DNA of 64,000 nt, from the NCBI GenBank assembly GCA_964580455.1, contig CAZOKO010000001.1:2992-66991 (forward strand). The letters are read 5' to 3'. A program made the position numbers and the translations under genes. The notes under the pieces were generated by a model. That model did not search any database. It saw nothing but the letters and a program-made list of their open reading frames with translations, and was not told where the DNA came from. This document shows positions 11,053-20,850 of the stretch, in pieces (the stretch's first letter is position 1; each line of letters begins with the position of its first letter). Source of the DNA: an uncultured Thermodesulfobacteriota bacterium (GTDB lineage Bacteria > Desulfobacterota > WTBG01).

Positions 11053-11991
11053 ATGCATCACAAAAAGTTTTTTACAAGTATCGGAATGATGGCTATTGCC
11101 CTGGTATTTTCCCTTGCAATCGCTCAATCCGAAGAAACGAAAGGTGATTCTTATGATGCTGAGGTAGTTGCCAAGGTAGGTGATAAAGACGTTAAGTATG
11201 GAGATCTGAATAAGTGGATAAAGATGATGCCCCCTTCTTATCAGAGTATGTTTAGTGACGTCGAGCAGATGAAGAAACTGCTTGATAGGCAAATCAACAA
11301 TATTTTGTTCTCTGAGGAGGCTAGACGGCTAAAACTTGATCAGAAACCGGATGTAAAAGATAAGATTGAAGAGTTTACTAAGGGCATATTAATGCAGGCC
11401 TTAATAGAGGAAAAAGTCAATAAGAACACCTCAGTGAGCGACAAGGAAATTGAAGAATACTATACCAGCAATCAAGATGAATTTAAGATGCCTGGGAAAA
11501 TAAAGGTAGGCTACATACTCATCAAAGTTGACCCTAACGCACAAGAAAAAGTGAAAGAGGAGAAGAAAAACAAAGCAAAAGACATACTTGCCAAAGCAAA
11601 GGCAGGTGAAGATTTCTCTGCCCTGGCTAAACAATACTCAGAAGATAAGAAAACGAAGAACAAAGGGGGGGTCACACCTTTTTTTGCAAAAGGATCAAGA
11701 AGCTCAAAATTTGAAAAGACTGCTTTCAACCTTAAAAAAAATGAAATCAGTGATTTAACCCTTACAAATAAAGGATATTATATTATTAAGCTTCTCGACA
11801 GAAAAGAGGCAGAAACGAAGAGCTTAAAAGAGGCGACAAGCAGAATTAGAAACAAGCTGAAACAAAAGAAGAGAAATGAATCCATTGAAAATCTCTTGAA
11901 AGATCTGAAAGCACAAACCAATGTTGTCATTTATGAAGATACCTTAGCAAAGATAATTGAGAAATCGGAAGGGAAACCAGACAAGAAGTAA
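11053..11991 (+). CDS. periplasmic PpiC-type (parvulin) peptidyl-prolyl isomerase, SurA/PrsA-like
   Basis: Signal peptide followed by a SurA-N-like helical region and a parvulin domain (GYILIKV…GGVTPFFAKG…). Confidence 0.65.
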   Translation: MHHKKFFTSIGMMAIALVFSLAIAQSEETKGDSYDAEVVAKVGDKDVKYGDLNKWIKMMPPSYQSMFSDVEQMKKLLDRQINNILFSEEARRLKLDQKPDVKDKIEEFTKGILMQALIEEKVNKNTSVSDKEIEEYYTSNQDEFKMPGKIKVGYILIKVDPNAQEKVKEEKKNKAKDILAKAKAGEDFSALAKQYSEDKKTKNKGGVTPFFAKGSRSSKFEKTAFNLKKNEISDLTLTNKGYYIIKLLDRKEAETKSLKEATSRIRNKLKQKKRNESIENLLKDLKAQTNVVIYEDTLAKIIEKSEGKPDKK

Positions 11992-12034
11992 TCTTCATCC
12001 CCACCCTATATTGTTGACTTAAGGTCTTTAGTAA

Positions 12035-12060
12035 AATCCCCCTTTGACAAAGGGGGGTGT
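12035..12060. terminator. bidirectional hairpin (ccccctttg-aca-caaaggggg) between convergent genes
   Basis: Perfect 9-bp G/C-rich stem between the 3' ends of the + strand PPIase gene and the − strand gene at 12089. Confidence 0.6.
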
Positions 12061-12088
12061 CTTACGGGTGGGAGTTATAACTCGCTCT

Positions 12089-12886
12089 TTACTGGGGCAC
12101 GAGAATGTTAATCTCTGCCCCTTTTTTAATATCCAGCTCCTTCTGGCAGTTGCCATTTTTTACTGATATTTCCAGCCACTGAGAGCTTCCAAACAGAGCC
12201 AGAACTTCACCATCCCGTACATCTGCATAAGAGAGAGAAAGTTTCTGGATTATCTCTCCACCTACAGAAATATTAAACGATTTATCTGCTACCAACCTGC
12301 TAAATAGATCCTTAGAAATATTACTTATCAGATTACCGAAGTGATCTGCATATACAACCCTGGCTTTAATCACTCCTGCTTCTACCTTTGGCTCCAAATC
12401 TTTTAACATAACAAACCCCTTTAACTCCTTCCCCAACTCTTCTGCAGACACTCCCAGGCTAAGATGGGCAGCCACAGGGGCAAAGATATCCCTGCCATGG
12501 AAGGTAGAACTCACTTCAGGGAGAAAGTAGCTTTTATTGGTGATCTCCCAAACCTTCTTAAACCCTTCCATTAAAAAAATAAAGCTAAAAATCCCATTAT
12601 CTGGTCCAACAAACCAGTATTTATCTGTTTCAATCAGAATGGGTTTTCGTTCACTCCCTACACCAGGATCTACTACCACTACATGGATACTGTGTTCTGG
12701 AAAGTATGAAAAGGAATTATTCAATAAAAAAGCGGCTTCCTCAACATTCTGTTGAGAAACCCGATGAGTAATATCAATAATCTGACAATCGGGATTGACA
12801 GTCAAGATAACACCCTTCATTACACCCGCATACCCACTTTCATCCCCGAAATCGGTAGTAAGGGTTATTATCCTTTCCTTTCCCAT
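12089..12886 (-). CDS. SAM hydroxide adenosyltransferase (DUF62; fluorinase/chlorinase-like SAM hydrolase)
   Basis: N-terminal …ITLTTDFGDESGYAGVMKGVIL… TDFG signature and overall length match the DUF62 family. Confidence 0.75.
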   Translation of the reverse strand: MGKERIITLTTDFGDESGYAGVMKGVILTVNPDCQIIDITHRVSQQNVEEAAFLLNNSFSYFPEHSIHVVVVDPGVGSERKPILIETDKYWFVGPDNGIFSFIFLMEGFKKVWEITNKSYFLPEVSSTFHGRDIFAPVAAHLSLGVSAEELGKELKGFVMLKDLEPKVEAGVIKARVVYADHFGNLISNISKDLFSRLVADKSFNISVGGEIIQKLSLSYADVRDGEVLALFGSSQWLEISVKNGNCQKELDIKKGAEINILVPQ

Positions 12887-12919
12887 ATTTCTTCCCGTTC
12901 CCCAAACACCCGACTGTTT

Positions 12920-13819
12920 CTAAAACTCAACTAATCTTTTGAAGGATTCAAACCGCTCTTCAATCTCATCAAGGGTTAAGGCTCTCAACCTGCCCAGACT
13001 GAAATCTTCAACATCAAAAGAAGCCATAACACTACCATAGATAACAGCTCTGCGTAGCTCGTTCTCATCAATATCCTGAGATTTTGCCAGATACCCTGCA
13101 AACCCACCTGCAAAGGAGTCCCCCGCACCAGTTGGATCAGATAACCTCTCCACGAGATATGCCGGTGCAGAAAAAACAGAGGAAGGAGTAAGAAGCAAGG
13201 CACCATAACTGCCCTGCTTTATCACAAGCGTCTTTGGGCCATAGGAAGAAATTTTTTGATAGGCTTTAATCAGATTAGATTCCTGAGACAGCTGACGAAC
13301 TTCTCCTTCATTAATAATAAGAATATCTACACGTTTTATGATTTCCTTAAGCTGCTTACGCTTTCCTTCTATCCAAAAGTTCATAGTATCACAGACGGTA
13401 AGCTTTGGACGTTTTACCTGTTTAAGGACGTTAAGCTGTAATTCGGGATCAATATTAGCAAGGAAAACAAAAGGTGCATCCTGATATTCCTCTGGAATTT
13501 GGGGGCGGAAATCTTCAAACACATTTAACTGAGTATCGAGTGTTTCCGCCTCATTTAAATCACCACTATATCTCCCCTTCCAGTGAAAGGTCAAACCTGG
13601 TTCCTGTTTTAACCCCCGCAAGTCAATTTTCTTAGTTTTAAGAAAGGCAAGATGCTCTTCTGGAAAATCCCGACCTACAACAGCTACTACTCCCACTTCA
13701 CTAAAGTAGCTTGCTGACACCGAAAAATAGACAGCAGAACCACCCAATGCCTTTTCAACACTTCCATAAGGAGTTTCAACAGAATCAAGTGCAACTGATC
13801 CCACAACCAGCAAATTCAT
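12920..13819 (-). CDS. PfkB-family carbohydrate kinase
   Basis: Ribokinase-like fold with the C-terminal DPTGAGDSFAGGF motif. Start trimmed to MNLLVVGS… because the ORF-track start lies inside a tandem heptamer array. Confidence 0.7.
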   Translation of the reverse strand: MNLLVVGSVALDSVETPYGSVEKALGGSAVYFSVSASYFSEVGVVAVVGRDFPEEHLAFLKTKKIDLRGLKQEPGLTFHWKGRYSGDLNEAETLDTQLNVFEDFRPQIPEEYQDAPFVFLANIDPELQLNVLKQVKRPKLTVCDTMNFWIEGKRKQLKEIIKRVDILIINEGEVRQLSQESNLIKAYQKISSYGPKTLVIKQGSYGALLLTPSSVFSAPAYLVERLSDPTGAGDSFAGGFAGYLAKSQDIDENELRRAVIYGSVMASFDVEDFSLGRLRALTLDEIEERFESFKRLVEF

Positions 13820-13830
13820 TTTTTCCTCCT

Positions 13831-14100
13831 GATGCATGATTCATGATGCAAGATACATGGTGCAGAGGTCAGAAGTTAGCTGTCAACCCTCAATAGTCCC
13901 TCGTTATCCGGTTGCGTTGCTTCTTATTCTCAAGTTAGATTTAACTTTATTCATAACCGATTCACAAATACCGATGCGAGCTGCGTAACCTCAACCGTTT
14001 AACCTGGTCGAAACCTTATAGAGTTTTATTAACCAACTTCTTAATCCTGTATCCTGTATCCTGCATCCTGTATCCTGTATCCTGCATCTTGCATCCTGCC
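13831..14100. repeat. composite intergenic element E1: inverted tandem-heptamer arrays (GATNCAN x4 … ATCCTGY x8) flanking a ~180-bp core
   Basis: Left arm gatgcatgattcatgatgcaagatacat. The right arm is eight tandem 7-mers atcctgt/atcctgc, whose reverse complement reads GATRCAG units. The same architecture recurs at 55.3 kb and 63.0 kb. Confidence 0.7.
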
Positions 14101-14110
14101 AAAAACAGAA

Positions 14111-14914
14111 TTACTCCGGCAAAGTCAGGTCAATCACTTCACCCATTTTACCAGGATTCCCTAATGCTTTTTCATTAAAGAAAAGTTCTACTCCCCCGGC
14201 ATTCCCAACTCTGAGATTAAAATTTTCATTTGCTTTAACCCTGAATGACTCTCCAACCTTCAACAACACTTCAAAAGGTTCTCCCTGATCAAGCCGAAAT
14301 TTTATCCAGGTCTCTTCAGTTGCGAGCACCCGTAAGACCATTTGCCCAGTTTCTACTAGCTTTTGTTCTTCCACGCCATCCATTTCTCCGCTCTCACCAG
14401 ACGAATCCAACCCCTCTGCTTCTTCCGCCACCTTTTCTTCATTTTCTTCCTCTAAAGTCTCTGTTTTTATAACAGAAAGGGGTTTTACTAACTCGGTCTG
14501 TGGTTTCTGCTGACTAATTTCAAAAGGAGGGGTCTCCTTTTTTTCCTGAGGTCTTTTAAAAAACCAAAGAGCAAGTGCTAAAACAAAAATTATAAGCAAA
14601 ACTAAAATTCTGGCAGGGAACAAAACCTTTTTGGGGGGTTTTTGACTCGCGATTTCTTCCTTATCACTCTTTACCTCCAGTGCTTCCAGAGTTTCCTGAT
14701 ATCGCTTAATCACATCACTTCCTTCCAATCCTAGATAGGAAGCATAGGATTTAAGAAAGCCTTGAATGAAAACTCTAGGAGGAATGAGGTCATGCCTGTT
14801 GTTTTCAATAGCAACCAAGATAGGTTCCCTTATCCTGGTTGCTTCGGCAATTTCTGCCAGAGTAATGCTTTGAGCCTCTCTTTCACTTTTTAAATATTCA
14901 CCCAGAGTTTCCAA
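14111..14914 (-). CDS. RodZ-like helix-turn-helix membrane protein (DUF4115 C-terminus)
   Basis: N-terminal XRE-type HTH (…SITLAEIAEATRIREPILVAIEN…), a single TM segment, an acidic linker and a C-terminal β domain. Confidence 0.6.
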   Translation of the reverse strand: METLGEYLKSEREAQSITLAEIAEATRIREPILVAIENNRHDLIPPRVFIQGFLKSYASYLGLEGSDVIKRYQETLEALEVKSDKEEIASQKPPKKVLFPARILVLLIIFVLALALWFFKRPQEKKETPPFEISQQKPQTELVKPLSVIKTETLEEENEEKVAEEAEGLDSSGESGEMDGVEEQKLVETGQMVLRVLATEETWIKFRLDQGEPFEVLLKVGESFRVKANENFNLRVGNAGGVELFFNEKALGNPGKMGEVIDLTLPE

Positions 14915-15382
14915 AATACACCTTTTAAAGTAAAATCCCCTTTCGTTTTTAAGTTAATTTACAAAATTGCAACCACGAAGCCCACGAAGAATCACTAAGT
15001 AGAAAAACAAAACACTCTCCAGTATCTTCCTGCCATATACTTGTTTCGTGTTTTGTAACACTTTAACTTCTTTACGGAAGAACCAAATACAAATAAACCC
15101 ACTTTAAGCCCCTCATATATCACAAATTATTCATGTAAGCAAGAAAAAGCAATTAAAACTCAAAAAGATAAATATCTTGACAAAAACCTAATCTCTGATA
15201 GATTTACAAAAGATTGCTATTAATGATGATCCCTCAAGAAAATCACGATCAGCCGATCTAGAAGGCTCGTGGATTTTTTTATTGTCTTCATTAAAAACTC
15301 CGTGCTTCGCACGGGGGTGCAAAAGGAAATTAGAGTCATTTACGTGCCTACTTTGTTTCACGGCTTTAGGCCACAAAACAAA

Positions 15383-15410
15383 GCCACCCGCTTTGCAGGT
15401 GGCTGTTTAC
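15383..15410 (+). promoter_or_regulatory. hairpin (agccacc-N9-ggtggct) plus T-rich tail in the thiD leader
   Basis: Perfect 7-bp stem followed by gtttacttcc, 25 bp upstream of the thiD start. It could be a leader terminator or attenuator. Confidence 0.35.
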
Positions 15411-15434
15411 TTCCTAATAAGATATTAAATATCC

Positions 15435-16763
15435 ATGAAAAGAATTCTAACTATTGCCGCCTCTGATTCTGGTGGTGGTGCAGGAATTCAAGCTGATCTG
15501 AAAACCATTGCCCTTATGGGCAGTTTTGGAATGAGTGCTATTACTGCCTTAACCGCACAAAACACAACAGGAGTGAAAAAGATTCAAAAAATACCTGCAA
15601 GTTTCATTGCCAGCCAGATTGATGTGGTCATTTCAGACCTGGGTGTAGATGCAGTCAAAACAGGGATGCTTGTCGATACAGAAGTGATAGAAACCGTTTC
15701 TCACAAACTGCGGGCTTATCACATCACAAAGATTATTGTTGATCCAGTAATGGTAGCAAAAAGTGGGGTTCCTCTTCTAGCCGAGGAAGCCTATCTCTCT
15801 CTTAAAAGAGAGCTTATTCCCCTGGCCTTTGTTATAACCCCCAACCTCTATGAGGCATCTATTCTCACAGGCAAAAAGATTGAAAAGGTTTCTCATATGA
15901 AGGAGGTTTCAAAAAAGATTTATCAGATGGGTGCACAAAACGTTTTAGTAAAAGGGGGGCATCTCACTGGAAAACCCGTTGACATCCTCTATGATGGCAA
16001 AGAATTTCACGAATTCGAGACGGAAAGGATTAACACCAAAAATACTCATGGAACCGGCTGTACCTTTTCAGCAGCAATTGCTACAGAAATTGCAAAGGGT
16101 ATACCAGTCACTAAAGCAGTCAAGAACGCGAAAGACTTTATCACAAACTCCATCAGATTTTCTTTAAATTTAGGCAAAGGATATGGCCCTGTTAACCCCT
16201 ATGCCTCTTTTACTCAACATCAGGAGATAATACAGCACAGCAAGGAACTGAAACATGCCTTAAAAAAACTTAAAGAAGGAAATATCGGTCACTTAATCCC
16301 CGAGGTACAATCAAACCTGGGCTATGCCCTTCCTCATGCTGCCAGTTTGCAGGAGGTATTTGCCTTTCCCGGAAGGATTGTAAGACTTAATCACAGTATA
16401 ACCACAGTGGCTGATCCTGTGGCTGGTGCCTCTCGTCACGTAGCTCAAATCATTCTTACTGTGATGAAATTCAGAAGTGACTTAAGGTCTGCCATGAATA
16501 TAAAGTACTCTCAGGAAATCATCAGGAAGTGCCGAACATTGAAATTTAAACTGGGCACATTTAATCGCAAAGATGAACCTGAAAGGATTAAGAAGAAAGA
16601 AGGGGCAAGTCTCAGCTGGGGGATAGAAAATCTCCTGAGCAAAAAAAGGACCGTTCCTGACATCATTTATGACAGGGGAGATATGGGAAAGGAACCAATA
16701 GTAAGAGTCATTGGTAGAAATCCCCTGGACGTAGTAAACAAGGTATTGAAAATTGCGCATTAA
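15435..16763 (+). CDS. thiD: hydroxymethylpyrimidine/phosphomethylpyrimidine kinase fused to a ThiN-type thiamine-phosphate synthase domain (ThiDN)
   Basis: N-terminal ~265 aa are a PfkB-like ThiD (IAASDSGGGAGIQADLKT… GKGYGPVNPYA). The C-terminal ~175 aa resemble the ThiN domain seen in archaeal/Thermotoga-type ThiDN fusions. Confidence 0.75.
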   Translation: MKRILTIAASDSGGGAGIQADLKTIALMGSFGMSAITALTAQNTTGVKKIQKIPASFIASQIDVVISDLGVDAVKTGMLVDTEVIETVSHKLRAYHITKIIVDPVMVAKSGVPLLAEEAYLSLKRELIPLAFVITPNLYEASILTGKKIEKVSHMKEVSKKIYQMGAQNVLVKGGHLTGKPVDILYDGKEFHEFETERINTKNTHGTGCTFSAAIATEIAKGIPVTKAVKNAKDFITNSIRFSLNLGKGYGPVNPYASFTQHQEIIQHSKELKHALKKLKEGNIGHLIPEVQSNLGYALPHAASLQEVFAFPGRIVRLNHSITTVADPVAGASRHVAQIILTVMKFRSDLRSAMNIKYSQEIIRKCRTLKFKLGTFNRKDEPERIKKKEGASLSWGIENLLSKKRTVPDIIYDRGDMGKEPIVRVIGRNPLDVVNKVLKIAH

Positions 16764-18081
16764 AGACCAGGAGAACATAGTGAATCAGCTTGAGCAAGCA
16801 AGAAAAGGTATAGCAACTAAAGATATAGAAGAGGTCGCTTCTTCTGAAGGGGTGGATCCTCAATTCATTATAGAAGGGATGGCAGCAGGACATATTATCA
16901 TTCCCCGCAATAAAAACCATACAACTATCCCTCCAATTGGTATAGGGAAAGGGCTGCGCACCAAGATAAATGCTAACATCGGCACCTCGAAAGACCATCA
17001 GGATATAGAAGAAGAGTTAAAAAAGCTTCGGTTATCTGTTAAATCAGGTGCAGACACGGTTATGGACTTAAGCACGGGTGGTCCTCTGGATGAGATTAGA
17101 AACACCATTCTCAAGGAATCAACGGTTCCTATTGGAACAGTACCTGTCTACCAGGCCGTAATTGAAGCAGTTCAAAGCGATAAGGCAATGGTTCATATGT
17201 CTACCGAGCTGCTCTTTAAAGTAATTGAAAAACATGCCGAAGATGGGGTTGACTTTATCACTGTTCACTGTGGATTAACACGGGAATCGGTAGGAAGGCT
17301 TAAGAGAGAAGGACGGTTGATGGATGTAGTCAGTCGGGGAGGTGCATTTACCGTTGAGTGGATGGCCTACAATAAAAAAGAAAATCCCCTTTATGAACAC
17401 TATGATAGATTACTGGACATTGCTTATGAGTATGATCTCACTTTAAGTCTGGGAGATGGGCTGCGACCGGGCTGTCTGGCTGATGCAACCGACAGAGGGC
17501 AGGTCCAGGAACTGATTATATTGGGAGAGCTGGCAGAACGCGCATGGGCTAAAGATGTGCAGGTGATGATTGAAGGACCAGGACATGTCCCCATTCACCA
17601 GATTACAACTAATGTTCAACTGCAAAAACAACTCTGTCACGGTGCCCCTTTTTATGTATTGGGACCACTGGTAATTGATATTGCCCCAGGATATGATCAT
17701 ATTACCTCAGCCATAGGTGGTGCCCTTGCTGCCTCTGCAGGTGCTGATTTTCTATGTTATGTTACACCCTCGGAGCACTTAAGGCTTCCTACCATAGAAG
17801 ATGTAAAAACCGGTGTTATCGCCTCTAAGATCGCTGCTCATGCTGCTGACATTGCTAAAGGGGTTAAAGGTGCCATGGAAAAAGATATAAAAATGGCAGA
17901 GTGCCGAAAAAAAATGGATTGGAAACGGCAGATTGAGCTATCCCTGGACCCTGCTTTAGCAGATCAACTTCGCTCCACCAGTCAGCCAGCCGACAAAGAT
18001 GTCTGTACCATGTGTGGAGAATTCTGCGCAATTAAACTGCTCAACAAAGAAGAGCGCTGGAAATATTTTGATAATTTTTAA
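16753..18081 (+). CDS. thiC: phosphomethylpyrimidine synthase
   Basis: 442-aa short-form ThiC with the C-terminal CTMCGEFCAIK cluster motif. It overlaps thiD by 11 bp. Confidence 0.9.
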   Translation: MRIKDQENIVNQLEQARKGIATKDIEEVASSEGVDPQFIIEGMAAGHIIIPRNKNHTTIPPIGIGKGLRTKINANIGTSKDHQDIEEELKKLRLSVKSGADTVMDLSTGGPLDEIRNTILKESTVPIGTVPVYQAVIEAVQSDKAMVHMSTELLFKVIEKHAEDGVDFITVHCGLTRESVGRLKREGRLMDVVSRGGAFTVEWMAYNKKENPLYEHYDRLLDIAYEYDLTLSLGDGLRPGCLADATDRGQVQELIILGELAERAWAKDVQVMIEGPGHVPIHQITTNVQLQKQLCHGAPFYVLGPLVIDIAPGYDHITSAIGGALAASAGADFLCYVTPSEHLRLPTIEDVKTGVIASKIAAHAADIAKGVKGAMEKDIKMAECRKKMDWKRQIELSLDPALADQLRSTSQPADKDVCTMCGEFCAIKLLNKEERWKYFDNF

Positions 18082-18157
18082 CTCTTTGACTAATAGCTCT
18101 TGACTGCCGATTTCTGGCTACTGTGAATTTTCCCAAAGCTTATTCAAATAGCAGCCT

Positions 18158-19177
18158 ATGACATTAGGAATTCTCTCCTTAAGATCGGCAACCGTTTCTC
18201 TCCTTTTAATTATACTCTGTTGTTCCCTTTACACATTTCAAAGAAACAATATCTGGAAAGATAATTTTGCTCTCTGGGCAGATTGTGTAAAAAAGTCACC
18301 ACAAAAAGCAAGACCCTTAAATAACCTGGGGAATGCCTATCGTGACCGAAAATTATATGATCAGGCCATCACGCACTACCTGCAGGCCCTTAAACGCTGG
18401 CCTACTTACTCTTTGGCCCATAACAATCTGGGTGTTGCCTATGGACTTAAAAAACTATATTCTCAGGCGTTGAAGGAAATTAGTCTGGCTATCAAACTCA
18501 ACCCTGGCTTCTCACGCGCCTATAATAACCTGGCCAATGCCTACAAGGCTTTGGGTCAACATGATAAAGCACTGGAGCAGTATCACTATGCCATCAAACT
18601 CAATCCAAACCATCCGGACATCTACTATAATCTGGGAAATACCTATGCAACCAAAAAACAATATGATCGTGCTGTAGAGGCCTATTTTAAATCTCTTTCA
18701 CTGAAACCAGACTCACCCAAAGCGTATCTTAACCTGGGCAATGTTTACAGCCGTCAAGCACAATGGGAAAAAGCGCTGTCAGCTTATAAAAGTGCCATTG
18801 ATTTAAATCCTGATTACACCGAGGCTTATAACAACTGGGGAGCTACGCTTAATAAGCTCAAAAGGTATGAAGATGCTAGAGAAGTACTTGAAAAGGCAAG
18901 AGAGCTTAAATCTAATTTCTTCGAGACCTACAACAATCTGGGCAATGCCTATAGCGGGTTAAAACAATATGGAAAGGCCGTTGAATGCTATCAATATGTA
19001 ATAAAACGCAACTCGAACTCTTTTTCAGCACATTATCATCTTGCCTCTATCTACCTTGAGCACATAAAAGATAAACAAAAAGCCCTTTATCATTTTAAAA
19101 GGGCCCTTCAACTCAGTCCCGATCAATCCACCGCAACTGCTCTTAAGAAAAAGATTATAGTATTGGAAAATATGTAG
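18158..19177 (+). CDS. membrane-anchored tetratricopeptide-repeat protein
   Basis: One N-terminal TM helix followed by ~8 TPR units (…NNLGNAY…). It is a paralogue of the TPR ORF at 63311. Confidence 0.7.
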   Translation: MTLGILSLRSATVSLLLIILCCSLYTFQRNNIWKDNFALWADCVKKSPQKARPLNNLGNAYRDRKLYDQAITHYLQALKRWPTYSLAHNNLGVAYGLKKLYSQALKEISLAIKLNPGFSRAYNNLANAYKALGQHDKALEQYHYAIKLNPNHPDIYYNLGNTYATKKQYDRAVEAYFKSLSLKPDSPKAYLNLGNVYSRQAQWEKALSAYKSAIDLNPDYTEAYNNWGATLNKLKRYEDAREVLEKARELKSNFFETYNNLGNAYSGLKQYGKAVECYQYVIKRNSNSFSAHYHLASIYLEHIKDKQKALYHFKRALQLSPDQSTATALKKKIIVLENM

Positions 19178-19218
19178 CTATTTTTAGCTTCATAAAATCC
19201 TAATTTCAGAGAAATATC

Positions 19219-19578
19219 TCACGGTTTGGCTATCCTATTTTTATCGTTTCGATAAACTGGGTATCTACATCCAGTTTTCAAAACATTAGCTAAAAAAGTT
19301 CTCTTATCAAAACTCTTATATTCTTCAATTGTGAATGGTAGAGCCTCGATTAAACTATTATAGTTTGCTGCTATAAGAGAGAGATACTGCATATTTTCTA
19401 TATGTATTTTATTAGAAAACCAATCTGAAATTATTGCTAAATCAATGTCACTATGTTCTTTTGGTTTTCCCCGAGCATACAAACCAAATAAAATGACATC
19501 GTATATCGGTATTTCATTTTCAAGTATAGAAACAAAACCCTGTATAATTTCATCTAACTTATCTTCTGATAGAGCCAT
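19219..19578 (-). CDS. nucleotidyltransferase-domain protein (MNT-like)
   Basis: GS..RG…DIDL minimal NTase motif (LFGLYARGKPKEHSDIDLAI). Confidence 0.55.
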   Translation of the reverse strand: MALSEDKLDEIIQGFVSILENEIPIYDVILFGLYARGKPKEHSDIDLAIISDWFSNKIHIENMQYLSLIAANYNSLIEALPFTIEEYKSFDKRTFLANVLKTGCRYPVYRNDKNRIAKP

Positions 19579-19808
19579 TCAAAAATCTCCTTCGTCTTCT
19601 CATAGATTTCCTCACCCCCTTCTTTATTGACAATTTCCGACAGACTTTCTTTATAGTCTCCATAACGAGTCTCAATGCAGTAAGGTGTTAACTCTGCACC
19701 CTGCACCAATCACAGCTCTTTCACAAATAACAATGTGGTATTCAATCTCACAATTTTTATCTATCTTTGCTGTCTTATGAATATGACCTTCCACCTAACT
19801 CTCCTAAT

Positions 19809-20720
19809 TTACGGCACCCACCTCATCTTATCCTTAAAAAGCTTAAAATATAAATAAGCAGTATCCCCTTGAAAAATATATAATATAATTTTAATGATTC
19901 GGATAAAATTCCAGACAAACCTACCATGCAGCAAATTGTGTTTTAAATTATACTTCTTTATAAGTATATTAAACTCTTTCTTTGCCACATTCCGTATAGT
20001 AGAAGTTTTAGAACTGCTATGCACTCTAAATGCCGCCAAATATTCTCTTATAAACTTAAATCTCACCTTATGCAAGGCAAACTTTATAAACAGATCATTA
20101 TCCATACAGAATTTTAAAGAGGTATCTAATCCTCCAACTTTCTCATAGGCTTCACGTCTCCAAAATGACGCTGGCTGATAAATACCAAACCCTCCATAAA
20201 GAGAACCTAACCTTACTATAGATGTGGTACAATGAGTTAATCTCCTTTCGGAAATCAACACATCTCTTCCATCAATTATATATTTGTTACCATAGACAAC
20301 CTCTGCCTCTTTCTCATCTCTAAAAACCTCTTCTACTTTATATAAAGTACCCGACAAATATATATCATCGCTATTAAGCCATGCTAAAATTCCTCCTGTA
20401 CTCCTTTGAAATCCTTTATTTATAGCATCGCTTTGCCCGTTGTCCTTTTCACTCACCCAAAAAGCCAAATATCTCTCATATTTTTTTATTATCTCTACAC
20501 TCCCATCTGTTGAACCACCATCTATTATGATAAATTCAAGATTTGGATAATTCTGATTCAATACAGAAAGAATCGTCCTTTCTAAAAACTCCCCCTGATT
20601 GAAAGAGGGAGTAACAATAGAAATCCTCGGCCAAGAATGGTCTCTATTTAAAAGGTCCTTTTTATTAAAAAGTGGCTTTGATACAAATCCTCTTATTTCT
20701 TCAGAAGTAAGTGTTCTCAC
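19809..20720 (-). CDS. family 2 glycosyltransferase
   Basis: GT-A N-terminus SIVTPSFNQ…FIIIDGGSTDGS with a DXD region. Confidence 0.75.
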   Translation of the reverse strand: MRTLTSEEIRGFVSKPLFNKKDLLNRDHSWPRISIVTPSFNQGEFLERTILSVLNQNYPNLEFIIIDGGSTDGSVEIIKKYERYLAFWVSEKDNGQSDAINKGFQRSTGGILAWLNSDDIYLSGTLYKVEEVFRDEKEAEVVYGNKYIIDGRDVLISERRLTHCTTSIVRLGSLYGGFGIYQPASFWRREAYEKVGGLDTSLKFCMDNDLFIKFALHKVRFKFIREYLAAFRVHSSSKTSTIRNVAKKEFNILIKKYNLKHNLLHGRFVWNFIRIIKIILYIFQGDTAYLYFKLFKDKMRWVP

Positions 20721-20850
20721 CTATCTATTCCTGTCAATTACCCACTAAACAAGCTTCACTCATTGATCTGTGCAATCTACTGGTAGTGCCGACTCTGATG
20801 CATGTAAATAACTGCCCCTTGCAGCAGCATCCACCCGCATTAAAAAACCA

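Noticed and set aside
14044-14100. CRISPR array (regularly repeated short sequences)
   Set aside because: Repeats are contiguous 7-mers with no spacers, far shorter than CRISPR repeats, and no cas genes are present.
15250-15434. TPP riboswitch upstream of thiDN-thiC
   Set aside because: A GGGGTGC word and a terminator-like hairpin are present, but the conserved CUGAGA and ACCUGAUC…AGCGUAGGGA aptamer cores are not found by eye. I am not calling it without a covariance-model search.
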